A DNA stretch of 64,000 bases from NCBI GenBank assembly GCA_013265495.1, contig MU058781.1, positions 6,414,522-6,478,521 of the forward strand, read 5' to 3'. Below, one piece after another: positions 51,783-64,000 of this stretch (positions are counted from its first letter, which is position 1; every line of letters starts with the position of its first letter). Both the position numbers and the translations under genes were made by a program. The notes beneath the pieces are model-generated. The model was given only the letters and a program-made list of their open reading frames with translations, was not told the DNA's origin and made no database searches. This stretch comes from Vicugna vicugna. Taxonomy: Eukaryota.

Positions 51783-52688
51783 GAAGTTCAGTTAAGAACC
51801 TCTAAAGTCTTGGTTACAGAAATTAAGGAGCTTTAAGGGGCTCTTCTATTTTAAAACACCTAGTAAAATACTGCCAAAACCTCTTCAATTGCTTTTACAA
51901 AGCCGAAGTACAAACTGTTGCTATTTCTTTGGAGGAAAAAAAAATCGAGTAACCCTGTATCTACTCTTCAAAACCAAAGGAAGTCAAGAATGGTACGGGG
52001 ACATAATCCAAGCGCCTGTCTCTGTAACAGTTCATAACTCAGCTCACATCATTTTGAACGTGTTTTTATATGAATAGAAAAGTCCGTTGTTAAATTAATT
52101 AATCAGAGGTGAGAGGAGTAACCTGTCGTCCTCAGCCAAGTTGCCCAAGAACGATGGTGAAAGCCAAACCGGACGAAGGTAACTGTAAACATTGTAGCCA
52201 TCACACCTCCTTAAAAAGAGCCGCAGTGGCAGACTTCCGCTTTTTCACACGGATTATGGTAACCATGGTAAAAACCAAGCACCTTTCCCTCACATCATTT
52301 TCACACAGGAGTAGGAAGATACCCTTTTACCCATCCCGATTTTAGATGTGTGTTAGTTATTCCAGTGTGTGATCCGTGGTTCCGTTTGTAACTATAATTG
52401 ATCTACACTCATGTGTTCCATGCAGGGTTCTTCAGAACAGGAGCTATATTATACTGCTGGGTTTTTTCCATGTCTCAGGAGACAGCGTTAATAATGCTTA
52501 AAAAAAAAACGTGTAATTTTCATACTTGAGAGAATGAAAATACTGGATTACCATAAGAAAAAAATCTGCTGTCTTCTGAAAGCCCCTGACAAATGACAGG
52601 TGCTGATTGCTCCTGCGCTGGCCATCGTGGATGGAGACGCTGGGCTTCTGTTCTGTCCTTAGTAACAGTGCTCAATGTTTGCTTACAG

Positions 52689-52832
52689 AACGACGTGGCT
52701 GCACTTCTGAAACCAATATCAGAAAAGATTCATGAGATCCAAACTTTCAGAGAGAGAAACCGGGGGAGTGAAATGTTTAATCATCTCTCAGCTGTCAGCG
52801 AAAGCATCCCTGCCCTTGGGTGGATAGCTGTG
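52689..52832 (+). CDS. CAP2: CAP2 internal coding exon (probably exon 5), 144 bp, phase 0-0
   Basis: Acceptor tttgcttacAG, donor GTG|GTGAGT. Translates NDVAALLKPISEKIHEIQTFRERNRGSEMFNHLSAVSESIPALGWIAV, containing the CAP-family FNHLSAVSESIPALGW motif. Confidence 0.98.
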
Positions 52833-53159
52833 GTGAGTCGGGCGGAGTGTTGCCCCTGCACCTGGTTTTTGAAGTGTTCGGGAGAACTCATGGCTGCCTC
52901 CTGGCTCCTTCATCCTCCATCTGTTACACTGAGGAGGATTCCTTTCAGCCTGAATGCTTCAGCTCTTTCTCACCCTGTTTGAAGTTCGGAGCTTTGTGTT
53001 CTGAGATGTGGAAAGTGTTTCACTGATCTTTACAGAGCAAAATTTGCCTCCAGCTTTCAAGTCAGCATCTCCATTGCTTCTCTTCTTCTTTAAGGCATTT
53101 TCTTTCTTATCCTCTATTTTTTTTCCTTCTATGCTTGGGTGATGGTCCTGTTCTCTCAG

Positions 53160-53245
53160 TCTCCCAAACCTGGTCCTTATGTCAAGGAGATGAATGATGC
53201 TGCTACCTTTTACACTAACAGGGTGTTAAAGGACTACAAACACAG
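53160..53245 (+). CDS. CAP2: CAP2 internal coding exon (probably exon 6), 86 bp, phase 0-2
   Basis: Acceptor cctgttctctcAG, donor CAG|GTATGT. Translates [28 protein letters not shown] plus AG of a split Ser codon. Not in the ORF track. Confidence 0.97.
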
Positions 53246-54638
53246 GTATGTACCTTCTTTTACTGACCAAACTCTCGGTTGATTGTTTGTTAGATATTTG
53301 TCCCCAAACTTAATATAGTTCATTACTGATTCCTTTCAAAGGCTAGTTTGCTATAAACATTAAGGAAAAATCCCATCTTTGCAGGTAAAGCAAAGTGGAA
53401 AATGAAATCAATTATCCAGATAATATGTGTATTTTAGAAAGTTTGCCTCAGTTCTCTGGTGATGAATGCCCTCTCCCCACGTGCATGCATGTCAGTCTGT
53501 TCTGTATCCCCACAATAATGAGAGAGATCTGTGATGGTGTGTGATGGGCGAGCCCTAGATGGACAAACCTTTTACATTGATCAGAACAGAGTGAGTGAGT
53601 GAGCAGAGAGAAGAAAGGAGGACTCAGGAAATGAAGTGTCAGTGAGGAACAGAGATGAGACGAGACATTAATAAGCCAGGCCAGTGAAAGGGAAACCAGA
53701 GACTGCGTTGAGGTGGAATACAGATGGATGGACAGAGGGACACCTGTAAGAGTAGCTTGCCATTCCAAGAGCTGTTGAAAGTGCAGGTGAGACTGAACCA
53801 GAGGGTTTGCCTAGAGAGCCAGCTTAAAAGGGCATTGCATCTACAGCACAGACGCTGCAGCCCAGAGAGCCTCACCCTGAGGCTACAGTTGAAAACAGGG
53901 CCAGTTGAGGAGAGGCCAGAGCCGAATAGCCAGGAAGATGTCTCTGAACTGCTCAGGGAGTGTCCTGAGGTCCCTCACCCTCCAAGGATGTCATGCCCTG
54001 TCTCATCAACAGTGGGCAAGATGTGGTGTGGCTGACGGCCTAGTCACTCAGGGGAGGGATGGGGTGAACTAAGAACAACAAAGTTCCACCTTCTGGACGC
54101 CGGGCTGAAGAGTGGACCCCCTCTGAGCTCTTAGGTGATGGAAGCAGAAATTATCATTAGTAAACAAAGGCAGGGGCTCCCGCATCTCACTCATGGACCC
54201 AGACTGTCCAGATGGAAGGAAGCTTGAGGACCTGAATCGTCCAGATAATTGCTTTAATTCACCTCTTTATATTACTAACGTAGATCTAAAATGATGAGAC
54301 AGAGGAAAAATTGTTAAGCAAGAAAAGAAGAAAATAGCATTATAAGACAATTTTTATAAGACAATGTAAGACTTTATATGGAATAGAGGAAAACTACATA
54401 GAATGTGTAAATAAATACCTACTATAGTTCCAGGTCATTGACCAGTATTACATATTCAGGATTTGCATAACTGTTTCTTTTTTAAGTTATTTTTGGTTTT
54501 AATAAACATTGAGTAGAAACAATATTTATACACATATGCAAGATATAAAAAATCATGATACAAAAAATACTCATATATCTACCACTCAGGTTGAGAAATA
54601 TGTACCAATGATTTTTCACTCTAAAAAAAACAACCACA

Positions 54639-55183
54639 CATAGCAACCCCACTCCTAGGTGTGTTTCCAAAAGAAATGGAAACATATATTCACACAGAAG
54701 CTTGTACATGAATATTCACAGCAACATTATTTATAACAGTTAAAAAGTGGAAACAATCCAAATGTCCATCAACTGATGAGTATCCATGCAGAGATACATT
54801 ATTCAACCATAAAAAAAGAAGTATCCATGCAAGTAGTGGTGTGGACGAGCCTCGAAAACATGCTGAGGGAAAGAAGTCAAGCAAACAGAAAAACATATAT
54901 TGTTTGATTCTGTTTATACAAAATTCCAAAATAGGCAAATCCATAGAGACAGAAAGCAAGTTAGCAGTTGTCTAGGGCTGGGGAAGTTCGGAGGAAGTGT
55001 GGAGTGATTGCTGATGGGTATAGGGTTTCTTGTGGAGGTGGTGAAAGTGTTCTAAAATTGACTGTGGTGATGACTGCGCAACTCAATTGTCTGAATGGAT
55101 GAATGGATGAATAGTTAAATGGATGAATCACATGGGATGTGAATTATATCCCAATAGAAATACTATGTTTAACAAAACAAAAC
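54639..55183 (+). mobile_element. Old L1 3' end (L1MB-like)
   Basis: agcaaccccactcctagg...tggaaacaatccaaatgtccatcaactgatga...aggcaaatccatagagacagaaag; TSD aaaaaacaaccaca (54625-54638) / aaaaaacagccaca (55184-55197). Confidence 0.88.
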
Positions 55184-57014
55184 AAAAAACAGCCACAGTG
55201 CTCCACTGTCCTCATAGAGTTTAGTCATCAAACAGGTCTTGGAGCTCATAGGGAGCGCAGCTCTCTGAGACATCAGCACCTCTTTTCGTCCTAAGCTCTC
55301 TCCTGCCCTAAGGAAACTTTGGTTGAAGCACTGGTGCTCAGTAACAGACTTCCTGCACCCAGAGGACTATGCCCAATGATGCGGGTCCAAGTGTGGCCAC
55401 TTTGTACTAGGGACTCCAGAATTGTGCGGCATGAATGAGAACAGGCATCAGAAATGCGAGACAGTCTGCTCTCCTCACAAAAATTAACAGTTCGGGAAAG
55501 AACACATGTGAGTTATAGAAATAGGTCAGCATGAACATACACCCACAGTGACTTCCACATCATAAAAGACCTCTTAGTCTTTTTTCAGAATGAAAATGAA
55601 AACCTATGCATACTTGCCTATTCAAGACACTTCGGGCACCTCCTGAGTCTCTGCCCTTTCGTGTATCCCCCTCGGAGGTCATTTTTGTCTTTGTCTCGGC
55701 TCCTCAGCTCCTGTCCTCCCAGTCCCTACCCGAGTGTATCTTGGGGCCGTGGTTGTGAGTGTTTCTCCCCAGGTGGTAGTGGAGCCGAGAGGGTTGCGGG
55801 TTTCCACTTTTTCATACACACACAAAGAGGGTCTAGAATTTGCTCCTCAATGTCAGCTGCTGAGTAGAAACTGAACTTCTGGCAGAGTCCAGTACAGTTT
55901 ATTTAGGCTGAGTGGACCACCTGAAGACCATGTAATATGCTGGGGAAATGCAGCCACGGTACGAATTTATTCACCTCATTTCCAAGAGTAGCCAGTCCCA
56001 GGTCGCCACCGAGCTTCCAGGAGTGGTAACCCGACAGGACACTCCACAGCCACTCACGTAGCATCCGTCTGTGGGCGCAGTAGGCGGGCTGTGTCTTCAC
56101 CCCGTGTGGGCTCAGTGAGGGCCGCGGGATGTCACAGACTCGTTGCTGCCTACCTGACAGGCAGGCCCATGGGTGGAGGAGGTGAAAGGCAGGCTTCTTT
56201 GTGGTTTTTGACACAGAAGGGCTGTGGCCAGTGGACTCTGCATCTGTACAACCCTTACAACTGGCTTGACTGGTTATTTGGGCTCTTTGTCAGTAAATGA
56301 ATAGAGCGAGTTAATTGCTTTGACGTTCTGGAGGTCTGACCTGTCTGAGTCATGATCGTTAAAAGTCACGTGCCCCTCCTGAAGCCTCTCCAAGGGGAAG
56401 CAGAAACTGAGGCTGGGTTTGCAGACATGTTTGATTTGTTGTCTCTTAGACACTGACTTTGGATTAAAAGGCACCATACCGTTAGTCCGTACTACAAGTT
56501 TTGCTAGAACTTTCTTCAAGTTAAAAGCATACTGTAATATTCAAAAGAAAAATGAATTTGCCTGTGCAGGTTTGGACTTTATCATTTGTTTAATTTTTGA
56601 ATAGAAGTGTATTAAATGTGCAGCCTGCTATTTCTATAATGTCTACAGACATGTGTGTTGTATGTACTGACACATGTGTACATATGCACATACATGTATT
56701 AATTGACTATACATAAAAATGTACGTGGACTTGAATATTGAAATGATTTTCGTGCTCTAATAACAGCTGTTGTGTATATGCATCCCACATGCAAGGCACT
56801 GTACTAAGACCTTCAGAAAACCCTGGGAGACCTATGGAGCCACACTGAGTCTTTTGGGTTTTGACAGTGAAAGTGAGAGAAAGTGACAATGAAATATTTT
56901 GTAGATTTGATTAATATAATCAGTAAATCTAAAAATGCAGAACAGAATCACGCTCCTGTTTTTTCTCTTTGAGGAGTAGATAATTATGACTTCAATTCCC
57001 CATTTCCTTTTCTT

Positions 57015-57183
57015 TTTTAATATTTTATTTATTTCTATTATTATATTATATCATTATTTTATTTTTGCATGGTGGGAGAGGTAATTAGGTTTATTTATTT
57101 TCAGAGGAGGTACTGGGGATTTAAGCCAGGACCTTGTGCATGCTAAGCATGTGCTCAACCACTTGAGCTATATCCTCCCCCCA
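57015..57183 (-). mobile_element. tRNA-Ala-derived SINE (vic-1-like)
   Basis: Perfect 15-bp TSD ccatttccttttctt (57000-57014 / 57184-57198), reading TT/AAGA on the minus strand (L1 endonuclease site). Family motif ggtaattaggtttattt present. Confidence 0.92.
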
Positions 57184-58131
57184 CCATTTCCTTTTCTTAA
57201 ATGGCATGATCGTCCAGTGGGAGTGTAAACATTCTTGTAGTACTTGGAGCTTTTCAAGGAAAACAAAACAGAATATGTCCAGAGACAAGTCATTATTGAC
57301 AGGAGCTTGAATAATTGAGATTTCCTTCAGTGATTGTCTTCAAATTAATGGCCCAGTTTTGTGATTAAATTTTTGTTAACTGAGATTTCATCATTTTCTC
57401 ATTTACTGCTTTATTCAAAGTGGGGAAAAAATGTGTGAGTGGAAATTATCCAAAGGAAATGCAACTATTTTTGGCTGTTGATAAGTTTAATATTTCTAAC
57501 AGTTCTCCCAATCCTGTGTGTTAACCCAGTTCAGTAAAATTGGGGTTAAAATTACTAGTCATGCCCTGCCTTGTCACTATGAGTATCAGATTGAGTAATT
57601 TAGGTGAATGTCCCTTTAGAAGGACTGAGTGTTACCCATTTGTAGGAAATCTTTTTTTTTTACTGTAGCAACTTTCCTTACCAGTCCCAGATTCTCCAAT
57701 TTGGTTATACTTTCAACTGAACAATTCAACAAATTATTAGAAAACAAAGCAAAGGAAGGACTTTTTCTTTGCAGTATCATTCTCCTGCCTGAAAGTGCGT
57801 TGTTTTTCATTTTGCATCAGAAGCAGTACAGAGGGAAATAGTGTCTGCTCCACATCCATCTCCCAGTTAGACGTGACATTGGTGGGTGTTCTTTCCATGG
57901 TGCCCTCTGCTCCACACCCGGAGCTCAGGTCACTCAACTCCTCTCAGGGGAGACCTGGACCACACCATCCTTTCAATGTTCATTTCAGAATCGGTCCCCA
58001 GTGACTGGACTAGGAAGACAGTTGTTCCAGGGTCATCTGGAGCCTTAGCTCTGGACTGCCATATGCCCCCCAATGTCTATAAGATTTAATTTTAGATCCT
58101 AACTCCCCCCTCTTCCACTTTTCTGACAAAG

Positions 58132-58237
58132 TGATTTACGCCACGTGGATTGGGTGAAGTCATATTTGAACATTTGGAGTGAGCTTCAAGCATACATCAA
58201 GGAACACCACACCACAGGCCTTACTTGGAGCAAAACG
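58132..58237 (+). CDS. CAP2: CAP2 internal coding exon (probably exon 7), 106 bp, phase 2-0
   Basis: Acceptor cttttctgacaaAG, donor ACG|GTAAGT. The first base completes AGT (Ser), then [35 protein letters not shown], with the CAP-family HTTGLxW motif. Confidence 0.97.
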
Positions 58238-61200
58238 GTAAGTACCCAGCCTGCTTCCACCTGGATAACAAAAGGTCGTATAAATATTCATTTCCGGTAG
58301 CCTGGTAATTTTAGAATTTACCTCAAGGGAAGTATAAGATAGAATAGATATGTAGAAGCTGCTTATGAAAATGCCATTGTCATAGGAAAATCTGGAAATT
58401 GCCTGCATGACATACAAAAGAAAATGGTTAAGTTGTCAGTAATAAGAACCCAGTGGAACATTCTACAGCCATTAAAAATGACATCCGTGGTGGTTACGTG
58501 GGAAGTGATTTACCAGTCAATGTTAGGTGGTACAGTAGAGTGCAAAAGTTATGAATACTAAGTTATGTGAGTAGAACTGAAGGAAACCAGAAGATTTGAA
58601 AATAGTTATAATTTTAAGAAGATAGAATTATGAATAAAATGTCTTTTTTAATGTTTTGAATTTCTCTTTTTCATTTTAAAGTGTGTTGAATAATATTTTT
58701 TTAATACTTTGAATCCTGGTGCTTATCCTAGTCCTAGGGTAAAATCCCAGCCTGTGTCTGTTCCAACTTTAATTCCCATATGAGATTCTGATGTGACTTT
58801 GCCCTCCTCTTCAGCCTTGTCTCTCTTGTCTTCTGGTGTCTCACTGGCCCAGCACTGCCAAACTACCTGTGGAGTTGTGAACACATGCAGTGCTTAGACT
58901 GAACCAGATCAAAATGTTGTTTCAGAATTTGCAAGTCTCATATTATTTAACCTTTATTGCAATGTTCTGAACATGCATCATGCCATATGACCTGAGTTCC
59001 CTGGGCAATGCACCCCTCTCTTTAAGAAACTTCCATTGATCTCCACTGGCTCCCTGTATGGTTTGGTGACTCTCCTCGGTGCCTCCTTCATATCTTGACT
59101 ATCCCCCATCATAGCCCTTAGCATGTAGAATTGTAATTTTTGTGTGTGTTTTTGGAGCCCTCCCACTGGATTGGAAACTCATCTCTGTCCCCGGCCCCTA
59201 GCATCGTGCCTGGCACGGAGTAAGTACTTAGTAAATAATTTGAACTAACTGTGAGTTAGGGAACTCACAGGATCTTCCCTGCTCTTTTGAATCCTTTCAC
59301 TTGTTATAGAAAGACTTCCCGCGGAAAATTCCTTCCATTAGAAAGGAATGCTACTTTTCAGTTGTCACAGTGGATGGTCTAACCAGAGTAAATGTGGAGA
59401 CGATGAAGTGGCATGTTTGTGAACTCTCTTTGAGGGTAGAGCCCTCATTCTCCTCACAGTCATAACCAGCAGCTAACCCTCATGCTGAATGTTGATGTCA
59501 GTGGAGTTGGCTTAATACCAAGGCAGAGTTTGTGATTTTTCAAGGGAGTGTGAGACTTCTGCATTTGTTCCCCAACACTTGTGGTACAGATGTTAACATT
59601 AACCTCCAAAGACTGACATTTCTTTTTACTTTCTACTTTGCCTGTTTTCTCCATAAGCTGAAATGCAAGATACAATAACTAAGTTGGTCATTTTTCTTCT
59701 GTGCACAGCATTATGATTTCTGTGAAGAGAGTTCATAAACATTTGAAGGGTTTTAATATGGAAGGTTATGTGTGGATGTGGGTGGGTGTTTGTGTAGACT
59801 AATTGGAAATATTTTTCACACATTTCCAGTGAGATGCTGTTTTGTTACAGATCAGTTTGTCCTAAAGGGGAACTGTCACATGTTTGCCATGGAGCTAGGT
59901 CATCATGAGAGAATAGTAAACTAAATATCAAGAGTCCTTGGATGTCCTGTTACTTCATGGTAGATAAATGGAAAAGGAATGAGAATCCATTTGTGGAAAA
60001 TAATCATGTCGACAAACGCTAGCCTATTAATTCTCTAATGGTGCCCATGGAAAATGAATAGAAAATTACTTTTTAAATGGTTTGAATACCTTTAATGCAA
60101 TGTACAAAGCTGAGTAATTGTGTTTTGAATATGAAAGAGGAGAATAGGTTATTAATTATAGAAAAATAAATGTAGCTGTTTTCCTTTGCTCTAGAGTGAA
60201 TACTTATCTTTTCATTATGTTCATTAGAAATATATGCTTTGTAACAATGAATTGGAAATTTTTAAAGGCAGTCTGTAATAAGAAATACCTCTTCTCGCAA
60301 TACTCAAACAAGTTTCACAAAACATGACTTTTTCTTACTGCGTTCAGACATTTTCCCTTGTATTTTATTTCATTTTTTAAATAAAATTCTGGCTGAGACC
60401 CACTAAATTGACTTCATGACCCACTAATGGGTCACATCCCACATTTCAAAAAACATGTTATGAAACACAAATGTTATATGTATATAAAAATAAATATTTA
60501 TTTATTTATATAAAATACAATCCTTAGAGCATGCATTGGGAGGCATGGATTACCATAAATAATAATGACAGCTATTATTTATTGAGCTCATGTTATGCTG
60601 TGGGCAAATTCTGTTTAAAATGGTAATTGTTATAAAGCAGAGCATCTCCTTTACTTCTTTAATGGAAGAACAATTATGACAAAGTTTTGGCTAGATACTA
60701 AAAGTGAGGAATGAATAGGTAACAAAATGTTGGTTCAGAGGTGACATCATATGTATGCAATCTATTGAGAAGCTTGAAGAGCATAGAAATATATTTTCTA
60801 ATATTTTTATCCTCCTCTAAAGTTTGGGGTTAGAAAAACTATTACAAAGTATATTATAAAAATTATAGTTTTTATTTTTAAATCTAAATTATTAAAACAT
60901 AATTCCTAGCATAAATCAAACTAATTTCTCCTCACTTACTATGGCCTGTCGACGTACCAGCCAAATAAGTCATAAACAGTGATAGCCAGGATCATAGCAT
61001 GCTTGCAAAGAAGGGGGAAAAGGATATTAAAATTATCTGATCAGTAGCCTTTGGGAAGGAAAAATAAATAAAAGTCAGTTCATTTATTTGCCCAGTGATC
61101 ACAACTCTGCACAGAGTATGTATTTCTGAAAAGATAAGGATGAGAGAAAATGCAGAAAGATGGGGGATTGGCATTCATCGACACTGCAACATTCGGAAGT

Positions 61201-62289
61201 CTTTTAAGAAATGCATTCCATCTCAACGGACAACTCAAAAAGCTTGTGGCAACTTAGCATCTCAAGTATTTTGAGTAACCGTTGGTTTCTTCTATTTTAA
61301 AACTGATTTTGAGATTTGAGCTCTGTGGGGTTTCAGTGACCAAGAGCACGTTGCTGGCTTGCGACTCTGAGTTTCCAAGCCTGCGTTGCCGTGAGAACTC
61401 ATCTTTCCCTGCGTTAACAGCTGGAACTGAATTTGCTGTTCCCACTTCCCAACCTTTGCGTTCAGACTGCAGCTGTGCCAGGCAACTGTCGCCCTTTCAG
61501 TTGTCCCGGCGAAATGAAGAACTGTGAGGCCGGCGATTTTTGGGCCAGTGACTGGAGAGAGGGTCTGGGTGTGCACGCCAAGTGTGCTGGCCTGTGGGTG
61601 GGTGCGTTTCGGGGGAAGGGGCAGCTGTGCGGTGATCTATCTGGAATTTCTTGTTACATTTACTGTGGTAAATGGAATCTTCTCGTTTCCGTAAGCTTTT
61701 CTTTACATGACCGTGGACTAGACCCTACGCCAGACACTTCTTACAGTTTTCGGTTAGTTTAATTATTGGGAATTCTTTTTGATATTAATTTACATAGTTT
61801 CCTCAGCACTGGGTTTTGAATGCACTTCACTGAATAAATTGATCTTTTGGCAGGAACCCAGTACAGACACTTATTTATCATCCCTTGCAGTTGGTCAGAT
61901 TTGTAATATTTGTTGGCAGTTCTTGCAAATCAGATAACTTAAGTGGAAAGATGGAGGCCTAATCTTTAGACTCTTAATAACTGAAATAGCTGGTTCTTTC
62001 TATGAATGGTCCAGATCAACATTCCAACTTTTATTCTGTTCTGTGTAGATCTAGTCAGGAAAAGGTCATGAAAGGAATTCCATGAATAGGATAAAATGTG
62101 GTGGTTTTCTTAACTTTCTAGTGTTCAATTTGTTGGCAAATTTTTGTCCTTTTGTATGTCTTTCCAAGTTAGCTTTGGGAACAGTTAGGGTATAATTATT
62201 TGTAGACTAGAATAAAACGGCACATAGATGAGTGTGTATAAAGTCTTACGCAGTGGTGATTTAATTCTTACTATTAATAATGCGAATTT

Positions 62290-62420
62290 GGCAGGGAGGG
62301 TACAACTCAGTGGTAGATCGCATGCTTAGCATGCATGAGGTCCTGTGTTCAATCCCCAGTACTGCCACTGAAAAAATAAATAAACCTAATTACCTCCACC
62401 CCCACGTAGAAAAATAATAA
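62290..62420 (+). mobile_element. tRNA-Ala-derived SINE (vic-1-like)
   Basis: A and B boxes and AATAAACCTAATTACC present. TSD taataatgcgaattt (62275-62289) / taataatgtgcattt (62421-62435). Confidence 0.9.
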
Positions 62421-63431
62421 TAATAATGTGCATTTTAAAAATCTATCCTATACAGCAGTTGTCACCATCCTAACCTCCCCCGAACCTCCAGAAAATGATC
62501 TTTGGGAGTCGTCACAAGTACAGACAAGGTGGGGTCCTGTTTTTCTCAAAGCAAGGCATTCTATGATCACTCCTTTCCCTCCAGGTAGATATTTCTTTTC
62601 AGCCTATTTCTCAACATAAATGCCAGATGTCCATTAACAAAGTGAAAGTTTAACGGTTTGCTGATGATCAAATTAAAACACAGCCAGAGGGTATCTTGAC
62701 TTATAAATAATGTAGACTCTGTAGCACGTCGTTAAATATGTATGTCTTGTGCGTTTTCCAGTCTTTTGGCCTCTCTGGCTTCCTCTTGATTTTTACAAGC
62801 AAAGACTGTTCTCAATCCTTTCTATCAAAATTTTCATTTAGAACTTGTACCAAACCTGTACCTTAGGTTTGTGGATCCAAGTGAGCAGGTGAAGCCTCAG
62901 CCGGTGTGTTGGTTGTCTCCAGCCCACTGATCTCCTCTCTGGTCTACAGAGAGTGGCTCCCAGTCTGCCTGACCACACTGGCGCTCAGTCTAATAATTGC
63001 TCCTAGGTTTTTAGCTCCCTTCGGGGTCTTTGGGTAGCCAATTACTTTCGTTCTGCTATGGAAGAGATCCAGACGGCTCAGAGGGAGTCAGGCGTGGCAT
63101 TGACTAACAAAGGAGCCCTAAACGCACAGATAATGAAGTCAGGTTGGAAACTGCTCTGAGTTCAGCCTGAAGGAGACTGTGGAAAGTAAACAAAGGTTGC
63201 TTAGCGCTCACCTACATGCACCAGGGTCTCAGCAAGGTGCTTGAGAACACAGAGATGGATATGTGACACAGTAGACACAGTTTCTGTCATGGACAGTCAC
63301 ATTCCAGCTGAAGAACATATAAACAGTACAGCATGATAAACGTGATGGGGGGGGCAGCATGCTGAAGGAAAGTACAAAGCACAGTGCTTGCACAGACCAG
63401 GAAGACATGGGAGGAACACCCAGCCCTGGAG

Positions 63432-63583
63432 TACAGTGTAGTTCTTGGACCAGCAGCAATCTGAGAACTTAGAAATGCAGACTCTCAGACCCCGCCCCAG
63501 ACCTCCTGAATCAGAACCTGCATTTTAACAAGATTTTCCCAGATGATTTATATACATATTAAAATTTGAAAAGCACTGCTCTA
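63432..63583. mobile_element. MER5A-like hAT-Charlie element
   Basis: ggaccagcagca...ttagaaatgcagactctcagaccccgccccagacctcctgaatcagaacctgcattttaacaagat...tttgaaaagcactgctcta. Confidence 0.85.
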
Positions 63584-64000
63584 ATGTGTTCACGTTGGGC
63601 CAAAGGAATCCAACTTGAGGGAGACTCAAGGGAGATGGTTTGTTTTTACTCATTCATTTGTTTAATACTTCGTTTACCTAATAACCATTTATTGGGTACC
63701 CACCATGTACAAAGCACACACCAGACATTGTATGAATGCTACCGTTTCTGCCATCAAGCTGCAGGTTTTAATTACAATGCAAAAAATAAATAACAACACA
63801 AGGCAATGTTGGAAAATAAACCTTGCTAATTAGACTTCTGGGTGGGCAGGAAGGGCAGCAAAGGGCTGCATTTGATTTGAGTCTCTTTTAGGGGGGTTGG
63901 GTTTTCTGTTTTTATTGAAGTATAGTTGATTTGTAATATTAATTAGTTTGTACAGGGGTGTTAAATATGTAAGGTCTTATCTACATGGATTTGATTACAG

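Noticed and set aside
1112..62420. Five tRNA-Ala-like sequences as tRNA genes
   Set aside because: They share a non-tRNA 3' body and A-rich tails, most have TSDs, and they carry stem-disrupting changes, so they are SINE copies.
1..64000. A novel multi-gene system (operon, CRISPR array, defence island)
   Set aside because: The sequence is mammalian intron-dominated DNA. I saw no long ORFs, no regularly spaced repeat-spacer array and no block with foreign composition.
58238..64000. A further CAP2 exon (proline-rich region) in the last 5.8 kb, or an earlier exon in 1-18092
   Set aside because: I found no CAP-like peptide between plausible splice sites; the neighbouring exons are probably outside the window.

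Overview
This is mammalian genomic DNA, not microbial, and is almost certainly camelid (alpaca/llama/camel): it carries five copies of a tRNA-Ala-like SINE that matches my recollection of the camelid vic-1 family, plus young L1 3' ends. The window lies inside the CAP2 gene (adenylyl cyclase-associated protein 2) on the + strand. Four internal coding exons are visible (18093-18170, 52689-52832, 53160-53245, 58132-58237, probably exons 4-7). All have AG/GT boundaries and splice into one open frame covering part of the N-terminal helical folded domain; the start and stop codons lie outside the window. The rest is intron filled with L1, SINE, MIR, L2, MaLR/ERVL LTRs, MER5-type DNA transposons and microsatellites. 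Nearly all entries in the ORF track are chance or repeat-derived. I found no convincing new biological system. The most interesting unexplained signal is about 1.1 kb (12.5-13.6 kb) that appears to hold collinear, stop-riddled RNase H and integrase motifs of an ancient Ty3/Gypsy pol gene. Repeat family names are from recognition by eye and need Dfam/RepeatMasker confirmation.
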